64,000 nt of DNA from an uncultured delta proteobacterium (GTDB lineage Bacteria; Desulfobacterota; Binatia; JACPRU01): positions 12,732 to 76,731 of the forward strand of contig CAWBOU010000043.1 in the NCBI GenBank assembly GCA_963790365.1. Direction: 5' to 3'. Position numbers and translations under genes: made by a program. The stretch's first letter is position 1. Each line of letters starts with the position of its first letter. This document shows positions 56,339-64,000 of the stretch, in pieces. The notes below the pieces were generated by a model. It saw only the letters and a program-made list of their open reading frames with translations. It had not been told where the DNA came from and ran no database searches.

Positions 56339-58705
56339 ATGCGTAAGACGGTCTTCGCGGTCGATGGGATGCTCTCGCGTGAGCTCGCGGCCGTCAGCCG
56401 ACAACCGTGGCTGCTGAGCGAGATCGTCGAGCGCGGTCTCTTGCCCCGCGCCGCGGCCTACTATGCAGAGCTGCAGGCCCTGCCGAGGCGGATGCGGCGC
56501 GCGCTGCAAAGCCGCTGCGCGCGCTCGCTCGCCGGCGTGGCGATCCTGCTCGCGCTCGGCCAGGCGCCGGCGATGGCGGGCACGATCGCGGTCGACGGCG
56601 TCACCTGCGCGCTTCCCGCCGCGGTGACGACGGCGAATGACGACACGCCGACCGGCGGATGCGTGATCACGGGCACCGTGGGCGGCGCGGACACGATCAC
56701 GCTTCCCGCGGCGAGCACGCAGACGCTCGGGGTGGGGATCGCGACGCCCAGCGAAGACAGCGGCACGGAGCTCGTCACGAGCACGATCACGATCGCGGGC
56801 AACGGCGCGACGATCGCGCGTGACACGAGCGACCCCGACGTCTTCCGGCTCTTCACGGTCGCGGCGAGCGGGGTGCTGACTCTCGAGAACGTCACGCTCT
56901 CGGGTGGCAGCGCCGTCAACGGCGGCGCGGTTTACAACGACGGCGGCAGCCTCACGATCACGAACGCGAAGATCTCGGGGAACGCCGCCCTCGCCGGCGG
57001 CGGGGGAATCGCCGCCTCTAACGGCCAGGTGGCAATCAACTCGAGCACGATTTCGGGAAACTCGGCCGGCGATGCGACAGGTCCTGCAGAGGGCAGTGCC
57101 CTCTTCGCAGTTGGAAGCGGGTCGACCACGACGATCACGAACAGCGTGATCAGCGGCAATCAGACGTCCGGAACGGGCTCAGTGGTCGGAGCCGTCTCCG
57201 TGGGTTTCGGGGACGAGTTCACGGTTACGAACAGCACGATCAGCGACAATCGGGTATCGGGCGGTGTCGTGTTCGGCGCCGGGATCGGCGTCTTCGACAC
57301 TGCCGCGACGATCACGGGCAGCACGATCAGCGGCAACCGGGCGTACGGAAGCACCTCGGCCTACGGAAGCGGTGTAAATGTAGCTGTCGGGTACCAGACA
57401 ACAACGATCCTGAACAGTACGATCAGCGGCAACACCGCCGAGGCGGCCTCACAATTCGCGGAAGGCGCCGGTGTCTACGCTGTAGAAGCTGTCCTCGTCA
57501 TCGACAGCTCCACGATCACCCGGAATACCGTCGATTCCCCGTTGTTGCCTTATGGAGGCGGCATCTACGCGAACGACGTCACGTTGACCCTCCGGCGCTC
57601 GATCATCGCCGGCAACGATGCGCCGGCCGGCCCGGAAGTGTATATCGTCGACTCGGACGCCCCGACCACGACGCTCAACATCTTCGGTCTCAACAACATC
57701 CCCGGGACGGTAGGATTTGCCCCGGACGCGAGCGACATCGTGCCTCCCGCGGGCGTGTTCCTCGCCGACATCCTCGATCCCGTGCTCGGCAACAACGGCG
57801 GCCCGACACCGACGCACGCGCTGCCGCCGACCAGCATCGCGGTCGACGTGAGCGACGCCGGCTGTCCGGCAACGGACCAGCGCGGCGTGGGCAGGCCCGC
57901 TGACGGAGACGCCGACGGCCTGCCCGTCTGCGACATCGGCGCCTTCGAGCTCGCGCCGGCGGGCGTCGATCCCGACAACGACGGGATCCCCGCGAACATC
58001 GACAACTGCCCGACGATCCCGAACCCCGATCAGGCGAACGGCGACGCCGACGCGCTCGGCGACGCCTGCGACAACTGTGACGCGCTCACGAACCCGACCC
58101 AGCTCGACGCCGACAGCGACGGCTTCGGCAACGAGTGCGACAACTGCGCCGGCGAGATCAATTTGAGCCAGGGCGACTTCGACACCGACACGATCGGCGA
58201 CGTCTGCGACAACTGCCCGACGCTCTCCAATCCGAATCAGCTCGACTCCGACGTCGACGGCTTCGGTGACGTCTGCGAGGGCCTGCCCGCGCCGATCTTC
58301 TGCTTCGACCGCGTGGCGACGATCATCGGCACGAACCTCGCCGAGAACCTGATCGGCACGGAAGGCAACGACACGATCGCCGGCCTCGGCGGCGACGACG
58401 CGATCGACGGCTTCGGCGGCAACGACTTCATCTGCGGCGGCGACGGCAACGACGTGATCTTCGGCCGCAAAGGCAACGACTTCCTGAAGGGGAACTCGGG
58501 GAACGACTTCATCAAGGGCGGCAAGGGCGACGACGAGCTCCGCGGCAGCAAGGGTGACGACACCCTGAACGGCGGCGGCGGCGTCGACCAAGTGCGCGCC
58601 GGCAAAGGTACGGACGTGCTGATCGGCGGCAACGGCACGCCCGACACCTGCTCGGGTCTCGAAGGCACGGACACCTTCGACGCCACCTGCGAGATCAAGA
58701 AGTAA
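56339..58705 (+). CDS. Large secreted Ca-binding surface protein: long leader, right-handed beta-helix/choice-of-anchor-Q-like region, TSP3-like repeats, hemolysin-type GGxGxD repeats
   Basis: About 80-aa leader ending [11 protein letters not shown]; repeated (I/V)TNSTISGN..GGG; [32 protein letters not shown]; DxDGIxxxxDNCPxxxNPDQ repeats; GGxGNDxL repeats. Confidence 0.85.
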   Translation: MRKTVFAVDGMLSRELAAVSRQPWLLSEIVERGLLPRAAAYYAELQALPRRMRRALQSRCARSLAGVAILLALGQAPAMAGTIAVDGVTCALPAAVTTANDDTPTGGCVITGTVGGADTITLPAASTQTLGVGIATPSEDSGTELVTSTITIAGNGATIARDTSDPDVFRLFTVAASGVLTLENVTLSGGSAVNGGAVYNDGGSLTITNAKISGNAALAGGGGIAASNGQVAINSSTISGNSAGDATGPAEGSALFAVGSGSTTTITNSVISGNQTSGTGSVVGAVSVGFGDEFTVTNSTISDNRVSGGVVFGAGIGVFDTAATITGSTISGNRAYGSTSAYGSGVNVAVGYQTTTILNSTISGNTAEAASQFAEGAGVYAVEAVLVIDSSTITRNTVDSPLLPYGGGIYANDVTLTLRRSIIAGNDAPAGPEVYIVDSDAPTTTLNIFGLNNIPGTVGFAPDASDIVPPAGVFLADILDPVLGNNGGPTPTHALPPTSIAVDVSDAGCPATDQRGVGRPADGDADGLPVCDIGAFELAPAGVDPDNDGIPANIDNCPTIPNPDQANGDADALGDACDNCDALTNPTQLDADSDGFGNECDNCAGEINLSQGDFDTDTIGDVCDNCPTLSNPNQLDSDVDGFGDVCEGLPAPIFCFDRVATIIGTNLAENLIGTEGNDTIAGLGGDDAIDGFGGNDFICGGDGNDVIFGRKGNDFLKGNSGNDFIKGGKGDDELRGSKGDDTLNGGGGVDQVRAGKGTDVLIGGNGTPDTCSGLEGTDTFDATCEIKK

Positions 58706-59918
58706 GCGAAGCGCAAAATTTGGGATGCGCGATCGCGGCGAGAGCTTCGGCCCTCGCCGCGAGGTCCCTGCCCTTCAGGCGCGCGATCCCGTACTCGGTG
58801 ACGACCGCGTCGACGCAGAAGCGCGGCGCCGTCACGACCGCTCCCTCGCCTAGGCGCGCGACGATCCGCGAGCGCTTGCCGTCCTCGGTCGTCGACGGCA
58901 GCGCGAGGATGGAGAGACCGCCGTCCGACGCGGCCGCGGCCTCCAGGAAGTCGAGGCTGCCGCCGACGCCCGAGACCTGCACACCGTCGATCGTCTCGCC
59001 GTTCGCTTGACCCATGAGGTCGATCTCGATCGTCGAGTTGATCGAGGTGAATCGCGGCAGCTTGGCGATGCGGCCGACGTCGTGCGTGACGCTCGCGGGC
59101 GCCATCCGGATCCGCGGATTGCGATCGGCGAAGCGGTAGAGCGTCGCGTCGCCGGCGAGCTCGCCGGTCACGACCGGCGGACCGCCCTCGGTCGCGTTCA
59201 GGAAGTCGATGAGCGCCTGCGAGAACATCCCCGAGAAGAGCCGCACGCCGCGTACCCCGGCGAGCCGGCCGAGCACGCGATCCGGCACCGAGCCGACGCC
59301 GAGCTGCACCGTCGCGTTCTCGGGCACGAGCGAGAGCACGTGATCGAGGATCTTCGCGTCGCGCTCGCTCGCCTTCGGAGTCCTGTACTCGAGTAGCGGC
59401 TCGTCGCTCTCGCACGCGAACGTGATTCGCCCGACGGGAATCGTGCTCGCGCCCGAAGTCCACGGCATGTTCGGGTTCACCTCGGCGAGCACGAGCTTCG
59501 CCTCGCCGATCAGGTCGCGCTGCACGCCGCTCGAGATGCCGAGGCTCACGCGTCCGCGGCGTGGAGGCGAGACTTGCGTGACGAGGACATCCGGCTCGAT
59601 CACACCCCCGCGGCGGATGACGCGGTGCACGTCGCCGTAGCGGATCGGTAGGATGCCGACGAGCCCGGCGCGCGCCCGCTCGCGCAGCTTCGGCGAGCTC
59701 TGCCAGGTGAAGTAGCGAAAATTCTTGCCGAGCCCGCGCTCGAGATAGCCGTACGCGCCGAACGAGAGCCCGGAGATCACGCGGAGGTCACGGAATCGAT
59801 CCACGCCGGTCGTGAACGCGCGATGCAGCGAGCGCGGCTCGACGCAGCCCGCCGCGAAGACCACCGTGCTCCCGTTCGGGATCGCCGCGATCGCCTCTTC
59901 CGGCGAGACGAGCTTCAT
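58695..59918 (-). CDS. Family I acetyl-CoA hydrolase/transferase (4-hydroxybutyrate CoA-transferase-like)
   Basis: [60 protein letters not shown]. Confidence 0.9.
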   Translation of the reverse strand: MKLVSPEEAIAAIPNGSTVVFAAGCVEPRSLHRAFTTGVDRFRDLRVISGLSFGAYGYLERGLGKNFRYFTWQSSPKLRERARAGLVGILPIRYGDVHRVIRRGGVIEPDVLVTQVSPPRRGRVSLGISSGVQRDLIGEAKLVLAEVNPNMPWTSGASTIPVGRITFACESDEPLLEYRTPKASERDAKILDHVLSLVPENATVQLGVGSVPDRVLGRLAGVRGVRLFSGMFSQALIDFLNATEGGPPVVTGELAGDATLYRFADRNPRIRMAPASVTHDVGRIAKLPRFTSINSTIEIDLMGQANGETIDGVQVSGVGGSLDFLEAAAASDGGLSILALPSTTEDGKRSRIVARLGEGAVVTAPRFCVDAVVTEYGIARLKGRDLAARAEALAAIAHPKFCASLTS

Positions 59919-59974
59919 GCCGTTGCCTCCGGCGCGTGGATGGTCGAGAACACGAGGCTCGCGGAGGAGACTCG

Positions 59975-61141
59975 ATGGACTTCGGCTGGACCGAAGAGCA
60001 GCAAGAGATCCGGCGTCAGGTGCAAGCGCTCTGCTCGCATTTTCCCGACGAGTACTGGCGCGACCGCGACAAGACCGGCGTGTTCCCCTGGGAGTTCTAC
60101 GACGCCGTCGCCAAGGGCGGCTGGCTCGGCATCACGATCCCCCGCGAATTCGGCGGCGCCGGGCTCGGCATCGCCGAAGCGGCGCTCGTCTTGCAGACCG
60201 TCGCCGAGTCGGGCGGCGGCACGCAGGCCTGCTCCTCGATTCACCTCGGCATCTTCGGGCTCGAGCCGCTCGTGCGCTACGGCACCGAAGAGGCGAAGCA
60301 GAAGTATCTGCCGGACATTCTCGAGGGGAAGCTTCACGTCTCGTTCGCGGTCACCGAGCCGAATGCCGGCACCAACACGACTCAAATCGAAACCTTCGCG
60401 ACTCGCAAGGGCGACGACTACGTCGTCTCCGGCCGGAAGGTCTTCATCACGAAGGCGCGCGAATCGAAGAAGATGCTGCTCCTCACGCGGACGACGCCGT
60501 ACGACAAGGTCGCGAAGAAGACGGACGGCATGACCCTCTTCTTCGCGGACATCGATCCCGCGGCCGTCGAGGTGCGCGAGCTCGAGAAGTGCGGGCGGAA
60601 AGCCGTCGACACGAACATGCTGTTCATCGACGAGCTTCACGTCTCCGCCGGGGACCGCGTCGGCGAGGAGGGCAAAGGCTTCCGCTACATCCTCGACGGC
60701 ATCAACCCCGAGCGGATCCTCATCGCCGCCGAGTGCATCGGCATGGGCAAGCGCGCCATCGAGAAGGCCGTCGCGTATGCCAAGGAGCGCATCGTCTTCG
60801 GCCGACCGATCGGCATGAACCAGGGAATCCAGTTCCCGCTCGCGGAGTCGGCGGCGAAGCTGGAGACGGCGGAGCTCATGGTCTACAAGGCGGCCTGGCT
60901 GTACGACCGACGCGAGCCCTGCGGCAAGGAGGCGAACATCGCGAAGTACATGGCGGCGGAAGCGGCGTTCGAGGCCACGGACCGCGCGATGCAGACGCAC
61001 GGCGGTTACGGCTACATCAAGGACTACGACGTCGAGCGCTACTGGCGCGAGGCGCGCCTCTTCAAGATCGCGCCGATCTCGCAGGAGATGATCCTCAACT
61101 ACGTCGGCGAGCACGTGCTCGGGTTGCCGAGGTCGTACTAG
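59975..61141 (+). CDS. Acyl-CoA dehydrogenase
   Basis: FAVTEPNAGT, GRKVFIT, GINPERILIA, ERIVFGRPIGMNQ, QTHGGYGY, YWREARL.KIAPISQEMIL. Confidence 0.93.
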   Translation: MDFGWTEEQQEIRRQVQALCSHFPDEYWRDRDKTGVFPWEFYDAVAKGGWLGITIPREFGGAGLGIAEAALVLQTVAESGGGTQACSSIHLGIFGLEPLVRYGTEEAKQKYLPDILEGKLHVSFAVTEPNAGTNTTQIETFATRKGDDYVVSGRKVFITKARESKKMLLLTRTTPYDKVAKKTDGMTLFFADIDPAAVEVRELEKCGRKAVDTNMLFIDELHVSAGDRVGEEGKGFRYILDGINPERILIAAECIGMGKRAIEKAVAYAKERIVFGRPIGMNQGIQFPLAESAAKLETAELMVYKAAWLYDRREPCGKEANIAKYMAAEAAFEATDRAMQTHGGYGYIKDYDVERYWREARLFKIAPISQEMILNYVGEHVLGLPRSY

Positions 61142-61150
61142 CGTGAGCGT

Positions 61151-61264
61151 CTCCCCCTCACCCGCCGGCTCCGCCGTCGGCCTCTCCCCAACGGGCAGAG
61201 GCGAAGAGGATCCACCTCTCCCTTTGGGGAGAGGTCGGAGGCGAAGCCTCCGGGTGAGGGGGAG
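61151..61264. repeat. REP-like palindromic element (CCCTCACCC class) with 13-bp terminal inverted repeats
   Basis: CTCCCCCTCACCC (61151-61163) / GGGTGAGGGGGAG (61252-61264); internal ACCTCTCCC-TTT-GGGGAGAGGT; shares its 5' arm with 49181-49310. Confidence 0.65.
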
Positions 61265-62531
61265 GCGATTCGCGGTCGTCGCGCTCTCCCTAGCGCTCGC
61301 GACGGTGGTCGCCGCGAAGGACGAGCCCGCCCCCTCGTCCATCGACGGTCAGATCGCGTGGGTCGATCTCGGCGGCGAGCTCTGGATCGGCACGGCGGAT
61401 GGCGCGACGTCGCGGCAGCTCGGACCGGGCGCCGAGATGCGGCCCGCGTCGTTCTCGCTCGTGCAGGATCTGCCGGAGTCCTTCCGCTGGCCGCTCTGGT
61501 CGCCGGACGGCAAGCGGCTCGCGGCGTTCTACATCTCGCAGGGCGCCGGCCCCGCGACGAGCCGGCTCCTCGTCTTCGACGCGCCCTCCGGGCGCGTGCT
61601 CCACTCGTTCCAGGACGTCGATCTCCGGCCGATCTACGCGTACTGGGCGCCCGACGGCTCGCGCTTCGCGTTCCTCCATCAGACGGGCCCGGTGCACACG
61701 CTCTCGCTCTGGCCCGCCGAGGACCGCGACACTCCGCGGAACGTCGCGGCCGGCATCCCGCTCTTCTTCGATTGGCGCCGCGACTCGCGCGCGCTCGTGC
61801 TCCACGTCGCGCGCGATCCCGAGTCGAAGGATCGGAGCAGCGTGACGCTCCTCGATCCGTCGACGGGCGAGCGAACGCTCCGCACCTCCTCGCCCGCCGC
61901 GTTCGGCCCCGCCTCGTATTCGCCGGACGGCTCGTGGCTCGCCTACGGGATCGAGGCGCCGGACGGCAAGGCGCGGCTCGTGATCGAGAAGCGCGACGGC
62001 ACGAGCCGCAAGGATCTCGCCCGCATCGATCCCGAGGCCGCGTTCACCTGGTCGCCGGACGGGAAATCCATCGCGCTCGGCAAGACGAGCGACGAGCGCG
62101 CGCCACTGCTCGAAGAGATCGTTCGCATCGACGTCGCCTCCGGCCAGACCAAGTCGATCGCGAAGGAGATCATCGGCTGCTTCTTCTGGTCGCCGAAGAG
62201 CGACAAGATCCTCTACGCGGTCCGCGACCTCGACCGCGGCGACTGGGAATGGGTCGTCGTCGACGTGAAGAGCGGCGTGAAGACGCGGCTCATCCGCTTC
62301 GTGCCCTCCCCCGCGCTCGTGTTCGTCTTCCAGTTCTTCGACCAGTACGCGCTCTCGCACCGCTTCTGGTCGCCGGACGGACGCGCGTTCGTGTTCACCG
62401 GCTGGACGGGCGTCGACCAGCAGGCGGAAGGTCCGGTCGGGCCGCCCGCCGTGCACGTCGTGCCCGTGAACCCCGCGGAGAAGCCGCGCATCCTCGCCGA
62501 GGGGCACGTCGCGTTCTGGTCGCCGCGATGA
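61254..62531 (+). CDS. Secreted TolB-like/PD40 beta-propeller protein
   Basis: Signal peptide from GTG 61254; repeated WSPDG/WAPDG/YSPDG motifs. Confidence 0.75.
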   Translation: MRGRRFAVVALSLALATVVAAKDEPAPSSIDGQIAWVDLGGELWIGTADGATSRQLGPGAEMRPASFSLVQDLPESFRWPLWSPDGKRLAAFYISQGAGPATSRLLVFDAPSGRVLHSFQDVDLRPIYAYWAPDGSRFAFLHQTGPVHTLSLWPAEDRDTPRNVAAGIPLFFDWRRDSRALVLHVARDPESKDRSSVTLLDPSTGERTLRTSSPAAFGPASYSPDGSWLAYGIEAPDGKARLVIEKRDGTSRKDLARIDPEAAFTWSPDGKSIALGKTSDERAPLLEEIVRIDVASGQTKSIAKEIIGCFFWSPKSDKILYAVRDLDRGDWEWVVVDVKSGVKTRLIRFVPSPALVFVFQFFDQYALSHRFWSPDGRAFVFTGWTGVDQQAEGPVGPPAVHVVPVNPAEKPRILAEGHVAFWSPR

Positions 62532-62538
62532 GAACCGC

Positions 62539-64000
<1,462 letters not shown>

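Noticed and set aside
57960-58640. Regularly repeated sequence that might suggest a CRISPR array
   Set aside because: These are degenerate in-frame TSP3-like and GGxGxD protein repeats; there are no identical repeats with unique spacers and no cas genes.
61143-61253. Pro/Gly/Arg-rich N-terminal extension of the TolB-like ORF in the ORF track
   Set aside because: It is the translation of the palindromic repeat; the signal peptide starts at GTG 61254.

Overview
A 64-kb, very GC-rich window, densely coding, from a diderm bacterium (TonB-dependent receptor, lipoproteins). Gene content and codon style resemble soil Deltaproteobacteria-like lineages such as Candidatus Binatia; this is an impression, not a search result. 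I found no rRNA, tRNA, CRISPR array, integrase or transposase. Main blocks: (1) nitrate/cyanate/bicarbonate-type ABC binding protein with a divergent LysR; (2) a YfhO-like membrane protein coupled to a sorbosone-dehydrogenase/cytochrome c fusion; (3) a compositionally distinct cassette of three secreted proteins divergent from a winged-helix/STAND-ATPase/TPR regulator; (4) a second such regulator divergent from an unusual aromatic-type operon (meta-cleavage hydrolase with Ser->Ala at the nucleophile, heme-oxygenase-like diiron enzyme, HpaB-like monooxygenase, extradiol dioxygenase, TonB receptor, ThDP enzyme); (5) an acyl-CoA cluster (2x MaoC, ACAD, family III CoA transferase, CitE-like lyase, ALDH); (6) TetR/sterol-desaturase-like pair, a probable phasin with phaR, and paaABC-G-K with paaX but no local paaD/paaE; (7) a TIGR03032(DUF4915)-TPR-glycosyltransferase fusion beside a large secreted beta-helix/TSP3/RTX-repeat protein with an unusually long leader, preceded by a 54-bp relic of a paralogue's 3' end. 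Both STAND regulators have a triple 11-bp-periodic AACG-core repeat pointing at their divergent cassette. Several genes carry clustered single-base indels (about 9.6-11.8 kb and 32.5-34.3 kb), more likely assembly errors than real pseudogenes. Domain calls come from motif recognition in the translations, not from HMM searches.
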